In this document: positions 34,112-43,388 of the stretch, piece after piece | Layout of the letters: every line of letters starts with the position of its first letter | Position numbering within the stretch: position 1 is the stretch's first letter | Assembly (NCBI GenBank): GCA_016209535.1 | Contig: JACQVW010000404.1 | Location: forward strand, 1-61,894 | Length of the DNA: 61,894 nt | From: Planctomycetota bacterium | GTDB taxonomy: Bacteria; Planctomycetota; UBA8108; SXIK01 | Reading direction: 5' to 3' | Position numbers and translations under genes: made by a program | The notes under the pieces: generated by a model | Told to the model about the DNA's origin: nothing | Database searches by the model: none | Seen by the model: only the letters and a program-made list of their open reading frames with translations

Positions 34112-36673
34112 ATGAACCCATCCGGGCTCTTTCTGATCTTTCTGGTCTTGCTTTCCAGCGAACCCCTCGGCGCCGCCGACTGCAACGGGAACGGGATCGG
34201 GGACGCCGGGGACATCGCCTCCGGCGCGAGCCCCGACTGCAACTCGAACGGCGTCCCGGACGAGTGCGACCTCGCTCCCACCTTCAGCCTCGATGAGATC
34301 ACGCTGCCTGCCGGGAACAGCCTCTGGGGGATCACGGCAGCGGACCTCGATGGCAACGGGCTCGTGGACCTGGTGGGAGCGGAGCTTCATGGGACGATCT
34401 GGCTCGTGCTCAACTCCCAGGGCGGCGGCCTCACCGTGGTTGACGGCGTTCGGGCTGGAAGCAGCGCCGCCCAGGTCCTGTCGGGGGACCTGGACGGGGA
34501 CGGGGATCAAGACCTGGTGACGCTCGACCCATTCCAACGGAGGCTCCACGTCCTCGAGAACAGCGGGGGCGGGAAGCTCGTGGTTGCCCGGACCCTCGTC
34601 GCGGGAGCCCTGCCGCGCTCCCCGGTCGCGGCGGACCTCGAGGGCGATGGCGACCTGGATCTCGCCGTCGCCAACGGGGCCTCGAATGACCTCTCGCCCG
34701 GCATGTCCAACAGCGTCTCCGTGTTCCTGAACCAGGGCGGCGGCCGCTTCTTGCCGGCCACCCATTACCCTGTCGGCCGGGCTCCGGTGTCGGTGGCGGC
34801 AGGGGACCTGGATGGAGACCGTGACCTGGACCTGGCCACGGCCAACTTCGAGTCCCTCGACGGTTCCGTCCTCTGGAGCCGCGGGGACGGCACGTTCGAG
34901 GAGGCCGTCGCGATCGAGCTCTCGGGCAGGCAGACCGCGGTGGCCGCTGCCGACCTCGACGGCGATGGCCGCGACGAGCTCATCGAGGGCGGCCACAGCG
35001 GACTTGGCGTTTACTCGCGCGCCGCGGACGGCTCTTTCCTCACGGTGGCCGCGGTTCCCCAGAGCTCGGTTGTGGGCCAGGTGGTCCCCGCCGACCTGGA
35101 CCGTGACGGCGACCTCGATCTGGCCCTTAGCCTTTTCGACGGAGTCGTCCTCCTGTTAAACGCCGGCCAAGGGAAGCTCGAAGACCCGATCGTATTGCAG
35201 GCAGGCGCGCGCCCTTCGGCGATCGCGCCGGGAGACCTGGATGGAGACGGCGACCTGGACCTGGGAGTTGCGGACTTCGGCACGAGCCTCATCCCCGTGA
35301 TCTGGAACGAGGGGCAGGGCGCCTTCCGCCTGCGCTCTTCGATCGCCGTGGAAAGCGTCCCCGAGGGCATCGCCGCCGGCGACCTGGACCGCGACGGCAA
35401 ACTGGACCTGGCCGTCGCCGATCGTCTGTCCGGGGCGCTCTCGGTGCTGAGGAGCCTCGGCGGCGCGCTCTTCAGCGAGCCCATGGACTTCAGCGTGGGC
35501 GCTGAGCCCCGCTCCCCCGCGGCGCTCGACCTCGAGGGCGATGGCGACATCGACCTCGTGACCGCAGTGTCCCTCGGCGCCGCGGTCCTCCGCAATGCGG
35601 GCGGCGCGAGCTTCCTCCCGGTCGAGGCCTATCCCACGCCGTCTGAGCCCGTGGCCTTGACCTCCGGAGACCTCGATGGCGACGGCGATCCCGACCTGGC
35701 GACGGCCAACGCTCAAGTGCGGAGCGACCTGCCCACTAACGTGTCGGTCTTCGCCAACGGCGGGAGCGGGAGCTTCGCCCCTGCGCGCAACTACGCCGCG
35801 GGGTCACAGCCCGCCGGGATCGCCGCCGCCGACCTCGATGGCGACCTCGACCTCGATCTCGTGCTGACGGATCGGGAGGGGTTCCTGGTCCTCCAGGGCG
35901 ATGGCACCGGAGCCTTCCCGGCGAGCCTGAGGCTCGTGCATCCCGAGGGGCCGTGGCTGGGCCGCATCCTCGCGGCCGACCTCGATGGAGATGGGAGGGA
36001 GGACCTGGCGACCCTGAGCCAGAAGAAGCTCCTCTACCTGAGGAACGCGGGCGAAGGGAGCTTCGTGGAGACCGCCGCGTTCCGCCTGGGGAGGCTGGCG
36101 GTGGACCTCATCGCGGCCGACCTCGAGGGTGACGGCGACCTGGATCTCCTGGGCCTGAGCTGGAGCCCCGATTTGCTCTGGGTCCTCGCCAACGATGGCG
36201 CCGGGTCTTTGCGCGCCGTGGCCTCGGCCACGGGACGGGCACGCCCGGCGGCCCTGGCGGCAGGCGACTTCGAGGGAGACGGGCGCATCGGCGCCGCCGT
36301 CGCCCACGATGGGGCCGTGCAGTTGCTCAGGCAGGCGGCCCCGCCTGCGCACGAGGACCTGGACGGCGACCGCCTGCTCGACGAGTGCGAGGGGGAGACG
36401 CTCTTCCGCCGCGGCGACGCCAACGCGGACGGCGCGCGCGACATCGCGGACCCGGTCTCCATCCTCGCGTACCTCTTCAACGGCGGGGCCTCGCCGCCGT
36501 GCGAGAAGAGCGCCGACCTGGACGACTCGGGCGGGCTCGACATCACGGACGCGGTGAGGCTGCTCGGGCACCTCTTCCTCGGCGGGCCGCCGGCGCCGGC
36601 GCCGTGGAGCGCCTGCGGCCTCGACCCGACTCGAGACGCGTTGACCTGCAGCGATTTCCCGCCTTGCCCGTAA
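34112..36673 (+). CDS. secreted FG-GAP/VCBS-repeat protein with C-terminal dockerin-like module
   Basis: ATG 34112 with GGAAGGA upstream. Signal peptide. At least 12 repeats of (A/G)DLDGDGDLDL. C-terminal GDANADGARDIAD...DLDDSGGLDITD. Confidence 0.8.
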   Translation: MNPSGLFLIFLVLLSSEPLGAADCNGNGIGDAGDIASGASPDCNSNGVPDECDLAPTFSLDEITLPAGNSLWGITAADLDGNGLVDLVGAELHGTIWLVLNSQGGGLTVVDGVRAGSSAAQVLSGDLDGDGDQDLVTLDPFQRRLHVLENSGGGKLVVARTLVAGALPRSPVAADLEGDGDLDLAVANGASNDLSPGMSNSVSVFLNQGGGRFLPATHYPVGRAPVSVAAGDLDGDRDLDLATANFESLDGSVLWSRGDGTFEEAVAIELSGRQTAVAAADLDGDGRDELIEGGHSGLGVYSRAADGSFLTVAAVPQSSVVGQVVPADLDRDGDLDLALSLFDGVVLLLNAGQGKLEDPIVLQAGARPSAIAPGDLDGDGDLDLGVADFGTSLIPVIWNEGQGAFRLRSSIAVESVPEGIAAGDLDRDGKLDLAVADRLSGALSVLRSLGGALFSEPMDFSVGAEPRSPAALDLEGDGDIDLVTAVSLGAAVLRNAGGASFLPVEAYPTPSEPVALTSGDLDGDGDPDLATANAQVRSDLPTNVSVFANGGSGSFAPARNYAAGSQPAGIAAADLDGDLDLDLVLTDREGFLVLQGDGTGAFPASLRLVHPEGPWLGRILAADLDGDGREDLATLSQKKLLYLRNAGEGSFVETAAFRLGRLAVDLIAADLEGDGDLDLLGLSWSPDLLWVLANDGAGSLRAVASATGRARPAALAAGDFEGDGRIGAAVAHDGAVQLLRQAAPPAHEDLDGDRLLDECEGETLFRRGDANADGARDIADPVSILAYLFNGGASPPCEKSADLDDSGGLDITDAVRLLGHLFLGGPPAPAPWSACGLDPTRDALTCSDFPPCP

Positions 36674-36706
36674 CCCGCGAAAACCTTGAAAGGAGGTCAC
36701 GAACCC

Positions 36707-38095
36707 ATGCGCAGGCTCTTCACCTGGTCCTTGGCTGCGATCGCGATCATCCTCGTCTCTCCCGCCGCCGTCCTCGGGACGTCCTTCGTCCGCGGCGACG
36801 CGAACGTGGACGGGATGGTGGACCTGAGCGACGCCGTGACGGTGCTCGGGGTCCTGTTCCTGGGAACACCCGGCACCGTCCCCTGCCAGGACGCGCTGGA
36901 CGCGGACGACTCGAGCGGCCAGCTCGAGATCACCGACGCCGTCTACCTCCTCCAGTTCCTCTTCTCCGGCGGCAGCCCGCCCCCGGCCCCCTACCCTGAC
37001 TGCGGCCTCGACCCCACCGCGGACGGCGTCACCTGCTACGGGTATCCCCCCTGCGCCGCCAGGCTGTTCGCGCCCCCGACTTCCTACCGGGCCGGCGACG
37101 GCCCCGTCGCCCTTGCCCAGGGCGACCTCGACGGCGATGGCGCGCTGGACCTGGCGGTGGCGGACAGCCCCCGAGGCGCCGCCTCGATCCTCCTCGGCCG
37201 GGGCGATGGGACCTTTGCCAGGGCGGTGAGCTATCCGGCGGGCGCCGAGCCGGGGGCCGTGGCGCTCGGCGACTTGAACGGCGATGGTGCCCTCGATCTC
37301 GTCGCCGCCAACCGCGCCTTCCGCGGCGGGACCCAGGGCTTCTCGGTCCTCCTCGGACAGGGCGATGGCACGTTCAGCGGAGCGGCGACCCGAGCCGCGG
37401 GCAGCCGCCCGGAATCCGCGGCGCTCGGCGACCTGGACCGGGACGGGGCGCTGGACCTCGCCCTGGCGGGCGGGAGCGGCGCCGTCTCGGTGCTGCTCGG
37501 CCGGGGAGACGGGACCTTCGGCGACGCTCGCGACCACCGAGCCGGCGTCCACGCGCGGTCGGCGGCCCTGGGCGACCTCGACCGCGATGGCGTTCCGGAC
37601 CTCGCCGTGGCCGACGTCTCCTCCGTCACGGAGTCGGTCTGGATCCTCCTGGGTCTCGGCGATGGCGACTTCGCGGAGGCGGTGGCCTACCCGGCGCCGG
37701 GCAACCCGTTCGCGGTGGCCGTGGCGGACCTCGACGGGGACGTGGCGCTCGACCTGGCAGTGGCGGGCGGCGGCGCCTGGGTCCTGCTTGGTCGAGGCGA
37801 CGGGACATTCCCTCGGGCGGATCGTTATCCGACTGGCCCGGGCCCGGTGGACGTGGCCGTCGCCGACGTGAGTGGAGACGGCACGCCGGACCTGGCCGTG
37901 GCGAGCCTCGCGAGCAGCACCGTCTCGGTCCTCCTCGGCCGGGGCGACGGGACGTTCGTCGATGCGGTGGGTTACGTGGCCGGCGAACGTCCCGATTCGA
38001 TCGCCGCCGGCGACCTCAACGCGGATGGCACGGCGGACCTGGCCGTGACCAACGCGATCCGCGGGACCGTTTCGCTGCTGCTATCTGTCAGGTGA
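36707..38095 (+). CDS. secreted protein with N-terminal dockerin-like module followed by FG-GAP/VCBS repeats
   Basis: AAGGAGG 10 nt upstream of ATG 36707. Signal peptide. GDANVDGMVDLSD...DADDSSGQLEITD, then 7 GDL(D/N)GDG..DLAV repeats. Confidence 0.8.
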   Translation: MRRLFTWSLAAIAIILVSPAAVLGTSFVRGDANVDGMVDLSDAVTVLGVLFLGTPGTVPCQDALDADDSSGQLEITDAVYLLQFLFSGGSPPPAPYPDCGLDPTADGVTCYGYPPCAARLFAPPTSYRAGDGPVALAQGDLDGDGALDLAVADSPRGAASILLGRGDGTFARAVSYPAGAEPGAVALGDLNGDGALDLVAANRAFRGGTQGFSVLLGQGDGTFSGAATRAAGSRPESAALGDLDRDGALDLALAGGSGAVSVLLGRGDGTFGDARDHRAGVHARSAALGDLDRDGVPDLAVADVSSVTESVWILLGLGDGDFAEAVAYPAPGNPFAVAVADLDGDVALDLAVAGGGAWVLLGRGDGTFPRADRYPTGPGPVDVAVADVSGDGTPDLAVASLASSTVSVLLGRGDGTFVDAVGYVAGERPDSIAAGDLNADGTADLAVTNAIRGTVSLLLSVR

Positions 38096-38127
38096 GGTTC
38101 GCGCTCGCTCAGTCGTCGTCATCATCA

Positions 38128-38529
38128 CGCCCCTCCGCGCCCGGTCCTCTCTTTCCGGCTCAAGCTCGCCGAATCCGCACGGCGCCAAGGGCCTTCTCAT
38201 GGAAGGCCCTAAGGGGACTCTCTCGCCTCAAAGCCAGCATCCGCGACCGCCTTCATGATCAGCGAGGGTGCGGGCGGCCCTTTGGCGTCGAGCGTCAGGA
38301 CCGCGCGCCCCTCCTGGAAGCTGACGACAACCCTCTGGACGCCGAGGATGCCGGCGAGCTTCCTCTCGAGCTGGAGCGCGCAGGCCTCGCAGGTCATCCC
38401 GTCGATCCGGAGGGTCAGGACCCTCGTTGGGCCGGCGGCGGCCTTCTCGACGCGCGGCCTGCTCGAGAGGAGAAGGGGGGCGTAGTACGGGAACGAGGCG
38501 GCGGCAAGCGCTGCCGCCGCCGCGATCCA
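38128..38529. repeat. direct repeat copy B (partner of 30426-30803) with an extra 27-nt palindromic segment at 38184-38210
   Basis: Manual alignment. The insert forms a 9-bp hairpin AGGGCCTTC-TCATG-GAAGGCCCT spanning the stop codon of the 38209 gene. Confidence 0.85.
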
Positions 38530-39345
38530 CAGGAAGACCCGCCGCAATCGATGGGACCGCACTCCCGCCCCAGCGCACGCCCCGCCGGAGCACGCGTTCT
38601 TCCTCCGAGAGCAGGTGAGGTAGAACCCCGCGGCGAGGAGAAGGGGAGCGAGGGCAAGGAAGAGTGGGCGCAGGCGCTCGAAGGTCGCGGCCATCCCTGC
38701 CGCGGAGATCCCGAAGAGCACCAGGAGGACCGGCAGCCAGCAGCACGCCGAGGCGAGGAGGGCCGCGAGGAGAGCGGCTCCGGCCGCAAGGAGCCCGGCG
38801 CCCCCGCGGCGCGAAGTGGCCTCATCGGGCTGGGGTGGCGCGGGCAGCGGAGCGCAGCAATCGTGGCCCTGGTCTGGCACGGAGGGGAGCTGGGAAGGGA
38901 GCGGCTTCGCGCGCCGAGGCCACCGCGATGCCGCGAACGCCTCCTCCACGGCCCTTTGCACGTCGCCCAGGCAGCAGCTCCCCTTGGGATTGAGGACCTC
39001 GCAGCGGCAGAGGCCCGCCTTGACCTTCGCTGTGATCGAGGCCAGGACGGAGCTCTCGCCCGTGCCCTCGATCTCCGCCCGGATGCTCTCGGCAGTGTGG
39101 CCGAAGCAGTAGCAGAGAGGGCGAGGGGAGGTCTTCTCCTTCAGGCCCACGCGGACCTTCAAGGCGCTCCTCGAGAGCGTCCTCCCCCCGGGGGTGAAGT
39201 AGACGACGTCGCAGTCAGGGAGGTCGCAGAAGAGCCACTCCTCCGTCTCGACGCCCCGAGCGTGCTCCTCCTGGACGAGGCTACGCACGGTGACGGAGGG
39301 CACGGGCACGCCGGGCTTCCCGGCGGCGGGGCAGAGAGTCTGCAT
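38209..39345 (-). CDS. three-part metal-handling protein: N-terminal Cys-rich (CopZ-NT / 2Fe-2S-like) domain, MerT-like CC-containing TM region, C-terminal HMA domain
   Basis: 378 aa. CYCFGHT...GLCRCEVLNPKGSCCLGD. TM helix with ASACCWLPVLL. GMTCEAC. Confidence 0.7.
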   Translation of the reverse strand: MQTLCPAAGKPGVPVPSVTVRSLVQEEHARGVETEEWLFCDLPDCDVVYFTPGGRTLSRSALKVRVGLKEKTSPRPLCYCFGHTAESIRAEIEGTGESSVLASITAKVKAGLCRCEVLNPKGSCCLGDVQRAVEEAFAASRWPRRAKPLPSQLPSVPDQGHDCCAPLPAPPQPDEATSRRGGAGLLAAGAALLAALLASACCWLPVLLVLFGISAAGMAATFERLRPLFLALAPLLLAAGFYLTCSRRKNACSGGACAGAGVRSHRLRRVFLWIAAAAALAAASFPYYAPLLLSSRPRVEKAAAGPTRVLTLRIDGMTCEACALQLERKLAGILGVQRVVVSFQEGRAVLTLDAKGPPAPSLIMKAVADAGFEARESP

Positions 39346-39359
39346 CGCGAGCCTCGGCG

Positions 39360-39584
39360 CTACGAGCGCTCGCAGCAGGAGCCCGCTGCGGTCTTGGCTG
39401 CGGACTTGGCCGCCTCAGGGCCCAGAGGGCACCGGTCGGCGCAGACCTCCTCGCCGGTGATCGGGCAGATGATCTTGCCGGGGCAGTCCGGCCTCTCTCC
39501 GCCTGCGAAGCCGAGACCAGAAAGCGCGATTCCCGAGCCGAGGAGGACGGAGAGGGCCACGATCCAAGGGGCGGTCTTCTTCAT
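39360..39584 (-). CDS. small secreted Cys-rich protein
   Basis: 74 aa from ATG 39584. Signal peptide. CPGKIICPITGEEVCADRCP and C-terminal CC. Lies between merR-like and merT-like genes. Confidence 0.5.
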   Translation of the reverse strand: MKKTAPWIVALSVLLGSGIALSGLGFAGGERPDCPGKIICPITGEEVCADRCPLGPEAAKSAAKTAAGSCCERS

Positions 39585-39660
39585 AGCGCACACCTTTCTC
39601 GAAAGGGCTGCTTGGCGCGCGAGGGCACCCTCGCGAGGTCGCCTTCAGCAGTAGGTCCCG

Positions 39661-39692
39661 AGCTTACGGCCTGCACCCGGGTACAAGGTCAA
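39661..39692 (-). promoter_or_regulatory. candidate MerR-type promoter: TTGACC, 20-nt spacer with an imperfect dyad (ACCTTGTAC CCGG GTGCAGG), TAAGCT
   Basis: Read on the minus strand. The -35 overlaps the merR-like stop codon. The over-long 19-20-bp spacer is the hallmark of MerR-family-controlled promoters. Confidence 0.35.
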
Positions 39693-40156
39693 GCGTCTTT
39701 TTTGCCTGTCCGGGAGCCCCGGGTCGGGGGTGGGCTGGCGGGCGACGCCTTCGACGCCTCCTCGAGCGTCCCCAGGACGGCGCAGCGGCCCGACGGGGCG
39801 GCATCCTTGCACATCTCGAGCGCCGAGCGGATGACGGCCCGGAGCCGGCGGAGATCCTTGAGCCTCCCCTCGACCTCCGACAGCCGCGCCTCGAGGAGGT
39901 CCTGCACCTCCGGGCAAGGAGCCAACTTCCCCGCGCGGAGGTCGAGGAGGGCGGCCGCGTCCTCGAGGGTGAGCCCGGTGGCCTGGGCGGCCTTGATGAA
40001 CCGGAGGCGCTCCAGCTCCGGCTCCCCGAAGAGGCGGTAGTTCCCCAGCGACCTGCCTCGAGGCCGCAGGAGGCCGCGCCGCTCGTAGTACCGCACGGTC
40101 GATACAGGCACCTGGGCCCGGGCTGCCAGCTCACCGATGGTGTACCGTTCTTCCAT
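39689..40156 (-). CDS. MerR-family metal-responsive transcriptional regulator
   Basis: 155 aa from internal ATG 40156. YTIGELAARAQVPVSTVRYYERRGLL wHTH, coiled coil, C-terminal Cys residues (C81, C116, C125). Confidence 0.85.
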   Translation of the reverse strand: MEERYTIGELAARAQVPVSTVRYYERRGLLRPRGRSLGNYRLFGEPELERLRFIKAAQATGLTLEDAAALLDLRAGKLAPCPEVQDLLEARLSEVEGRLKDLRRLRAVIRSALEMCKDAAPSGRCAVLGTLEEASKASPASPPPTRGSRTGKKDA

Positions 40157-40176
40157 AGCGCCCGCACGCCTCCCCG

Positions 40177-40890
40177 CTACCGCGTCAGCTCCAGGAAGAT
40201 CTCCTCGAAGTCCTTCTGGCTCGAGGCCTCGCGGAGGCCCTCCACGGAGCCGTCGTAGAGGAGGCGGCCCTTGTGGATGATCCCGATCCTCTCGGCGACC
40301 TCCTCGGCGATGTCGAGGGAGTGCGTCGACATGAAGATCGTGACGCCCTTCCGCGCCTCCTGCCTCAGGAACTCGATGGCGGTACGGATGTTGCGCGGGT
40401 CCAGGCCGACCCAGGGCTCGTCGATGATCACGACCCGCGGCTTGTGGAGGAAGCACGCCGCGAAGGCGAGGCGCTGGCGCATGCCGTGGGAGTAGCCGTC
40501 GATGAGGCGGCCCGCGTCCTCCAGGAGGTCGAAGGTCCCGAGCAGGTCCGCTCCCCGCTCCTCGATCGCCTCGCGCCCCATCCTGTGGAGCCCTCCCACG
40601 AAGTGGAGCAGCTCCCAGCCCGTGAGCTTCCCGTAGAGGAACGGGTGGTCCGGGATGTAGCCGATCCGCGTCTTGGCCTCGACGGGGCTCCACACGACGT
40701 CGATCCCGTCGATGAGGACCGTGCCGGCCGTGGGCCGGAGGAGCCCGGCCATGATCTTCATGGTGGTCGTCTTCCCGGCCCCGTTGGGCCCCAGGAACGT
40801 GAAGAAGACCCCGGGCCCCACCTTCAGGTCCAGGCCGTCGACGGCCCGCTTGCCGTCGTAGGTCTTCACGAGACCCCGGATCTCGATCAT
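40177..40890 (-). CDS. ABC transporter ATP-binding protein
   Basis: Walker A GPNGAGKTT, signature YSHGMRQR, Walker B VVIIDEP. ATG 40890 with GAGGTGAG upstream (alternative ATG 40917). Confidence 0.9.
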   Translation of the reverse strand: MIEIRGLVKTYDGKRAVDGLDLKVGPGVFFTFLGPNGAGKTTTMKIMAGLLRPTAGTVLIDGIDVVWSPVEAKTRIGYIPDHPFLYGKLTGWELLHFVGGLHRMGREAIEERGADLLGTFDLLEDAGRLIDGYSHGMRQRLAFAACFLHKPRVVIIDEPWVGLDPRNIRTAIEFLRQEARKGVTIFMSTHSLDIAEEVAERIGIIHKGRLLYDGSVEGLREASSQKDFEEIFLELTR

Positions 40891-40917
40891 GGCGCTCTCA
40901 CCTCGACCGGCTCCCAT

Positions 40918-41718
40918 CTATTCCTTGAACGGCCTCTGCGCGTTCTCGCGCCGCTCCTTCCGGAGGACGACGTCGCCCAGGGGAGGGCCGAACCTCTGGA
41001 TGAGGACCTCGCTCGCATCGTTCACCCAGGACTTGCCCACGATGCCGCGGAACGTCGTCTCGAGGTAGTGAGCCTCCACGGACATGCCGTCGAGCTCGAT
41101 CACCTCCTTGCGGAGCACCCTCACCGTGGCCACCGAGCGGCTGAGCGTGATGGGGTCGAAGCACGGCACCCGGAGCTCGTCCCCGGCTCGCAGGCCCGCG
41201 ATCGGGAGCGAGGGGACGAGCGCGTCCCCGAGGTGCAGCTCCTCGAGGGGCAGGCTCATCTTGAACGGTGCCGAGGAGCCGACCTTCACGTCCACGAGGA
41301 GCTTGCCCTCGCCCCGCCGGCCCGCGAGCGTCACTGCGGGCTGGCTCTGGAACTTGGCGTCGAGCTGCAGCGAGAGCGGCTTCAGCTCCTTGTCGGCGAC
41401 GAGCGTCCCGTGGATCTCGACGCGCTGGCGGACGCCGAAGACCTCGATCTCGAGGCGGGACTCGAGGGTGGAGTGGACCTCGATCCCCTCGAGGGCGAAG
41501 ACCTTCTCGAAGGTGTACCCCGTGTAGCCTATCTTCCGGCCGCCTCGGTAGATCCCCATCCACCGTTCGCGCAGGAACCCGGTCCCGAGGAACTGCGTCA
41601 CCCCCGACCGGTAGCGGTCGAGGCCCTCGAGCTCGAGCTGGCGCAGGAAGACGAGCGAGTTCATGGCACCCCAGAAGGCGAAGACGGCGGCCGTGAGGAT
41701 CGACCCGAGGTGCTTCAA
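40918..41718 (-). CDS. membrane-anchored beta-rich hypothetical protein (ABC-system accessory?)
   Basis: TTG 41718 preceded by GGAGGAGGG and overlapping the upstream stop (TTGA). N-terminal TM helix. No recognised family. Confidence 0.5.
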   Translation of the reverse strand: MKHLGSILTAAVFAFWGAMNSLVFLRQLELEGLDRYRSGVTQFLGTGFLRERWMGIYRGGRKIGYTGYTFEKVFALEGIEVHSTLESRLEIEVFGVRQRVEIHGTLVADKELKPLSLQLDAKFQSQPAVTLAGRRGEGKLLVDVKVGSSAPFKMSLPLEELHLGDALVPSLPIAGLRAGDELRVPCFDPITLSRSVATVRVLRKEVIELDGMSVEAHYLETTFRGIVGKSWVNDASEVLIQRFGPPLGDVVLRKERRENAQRPFKE

Positions 41719-43388
41719 AAGTCCCTCCTCCGGAGCGAGCTCGCCCCCAGGCGGAACGAGACGAGGGCGACGCCCGCCGTGAACGCCGTGGCGCCGGCGT
41801 GCGAGGCGAGGAGCCAGGGGAGCGGTGGCTCCTGGCCCAGGAGGACGTACGGCAAGGCCTCGATCCCGGCGAGCACGGCCACGGCGAGGGCGCTCGAGAT
41901 GAAGTTGAGCGTGCCGCCCATGCCCACGGCGATGCGGGCCGGGTTGTCCTCGTCGAAGACGGGGTAGGCCGCCCCGAGGCCCGTGGCGAGGAAGGTGAGG
42001 CAGACGCCGGCGAGGATCGTCGCGTACACGGCCCCCGCGAACTGCGCCGGCGGGGAGCCGAGCGAGGCGTTGGAGGCGATGATCGTGAGGAGCCCGAGGG
42101 TCCCGCTGACCCCCAGCCCGAAGGCCGCCTTCTGGAGGACGAGGTAGCCCCGCGACACGGGCGCGAGCCCGACGATCCAGAACGCCTTGCCCTCGAGGCT
42201 CACCAGGGGGAACAGGAACCGCGAGGTGAAGGAGGACAGGATCGTGCAGACGGCGATGAGGTTCGCGAAGTAGATCACGACCTGGAGCTTGCCCGGGAAC
42301 TCGGGGATGCGCATGAGGCTCAAGGAGTAGACGACCATGAGCAGGATGAAGAGGATCGACTGGCTGAGCTGGGATGGGTCCCGGACGAAGACCAGGATGT
42401 CCTTGAGGACCATGGCCCCGAGGGGGCCCCTCGCCCGGGCGTCCGAGGGCGCGGGCCGGAGGTTGCGCCGCGGCGCGCCCGCCGCCCTCCGGGCGCGCGC
42501 CGGGCCCCTCGACCGCCCGCCGCGGACCGCGATCCACTGGCGGCCGTACCAGCGCGCCCCGTACCAGGAGAAGAGGGGCAGGAAGACGAGCGTGTTGGCG
42601 AGCAGCGTGCCGCCCTGGAAGGCCACCTCGGCATGGCTCCCGGAGGCGGCGGCGAGCACCGCGCCCGCGGCCCACTGCCCCGGGAAGTAGGGCGAGTGCA
42701 TCGTGGAGATCTGCGACATGAAGCGGTCCAGGATGAGCAGGTCGTTCTCGCCGTCCATGTCCCAGAAGTTGAAGGACCGCAGGAACAGGAACCCGAGGCC
42801 GCCGAGCACCGCTCCGCTCGCGACGAGGAGCTGGCGGCCCGAGAGGAGCCTCACGATGGGCGCGATGGCCATGGCGATGGCCGTCCCCAGGAAGCCCGCG
42901 AAGAGCAGGAAGACCCCCAGGACGGCCGCCGTCTCGAGGTAGTAGGCCGTGCCGGCCCGCCGCAGGCAGCCGTAGGCGACCAGGACGGGAAGGCACAGGA
43001 CGAGGGTGGCCCAGGAGCTGAAAGCGATCGCCTCGGCGAGCTTCACCCCGAGGATGGTGCGGGGAGGGATCGGGTGCTGGAAGAGGAAGTCGGTCTCGCG
43101 GGCCAGGAAGATCGTCGTGTAGGTGACGATGATGGTCGAGAGGACCACCAGGACGAGGAGCGTGAGGAAGAGGAGCGAGATCACCTTGGCGTTCAGCGCC
43201 GTCCCGAAGGCGGGGAGCTCCTCGATGAACCGGAAGCTCGCGAAGGAGACCCAGAAGCTGATCCCCAGCACGGTCCCGAGGCCGAAGACGACGACGCCCA
43301 CCTTGGCGACGGAGTCCGCCTTGACGCTCCGGACCCTGTTCCAGAGCGAGGCGGCGCGCATGCGGGCGATGGAGCAGAGGGGCGTCAT
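41715..43388 (-). CDS. polytopic membrane protein, putative ABC exporter permease
   Basis: 557 aa from internal ATG 43388 (ATGA overlap). About 12 TM helices in two halves separated by an Arg-rich loop. Operon context with the ATPase. Confidence 0.6.
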   Translation of the reverse strand: MTPLCSIARMRAASLWNRVRSVKADSVAKVGVVVFGLGTVLGISFWVSFASFRFIEELPAFGTALNAKVISLLFLTLLVLVVLSTIIVTYTTIFLARETDFLFQHPIPPRTILGVKLAEAIAFSSWATLVLCLPVLVAYGCLRRAGTAYYLETAAVLGVFLLFAGFLGTAIAMAIAPIVRLLSGRQLLVASGAVLGGLGFLFLRSFNFWDMDGENDLLILDRFMSQISTMHSPYFPGQWAAGAVLAAASGSHAEVAFQGGTLLANTLVFLPLFSWYGARWYGRQWIAVRGGRSRGPARARRAAGAPRRNLRPAPSDARARGPLGAMVLKDILVFVRDPSQLSQSILFILLMVVYSLSLMRIPEFPGKLQVVIYFANLIAVCTILSSFTSRFLFPLVSLEGKAFWIVGLAPVSRGYLVLQKAAFGLGVSGTLGLLTIIASNASLGSPPAQFAGAVYATILAGVCLTFLATGLGAAYPVFDEDNPARIAVGMGGTLNFISSALAVAVLAGIEALPYVLLGQEPPLPWLLASHAGATAFTAGVALVSFRLGASSLRRRDF

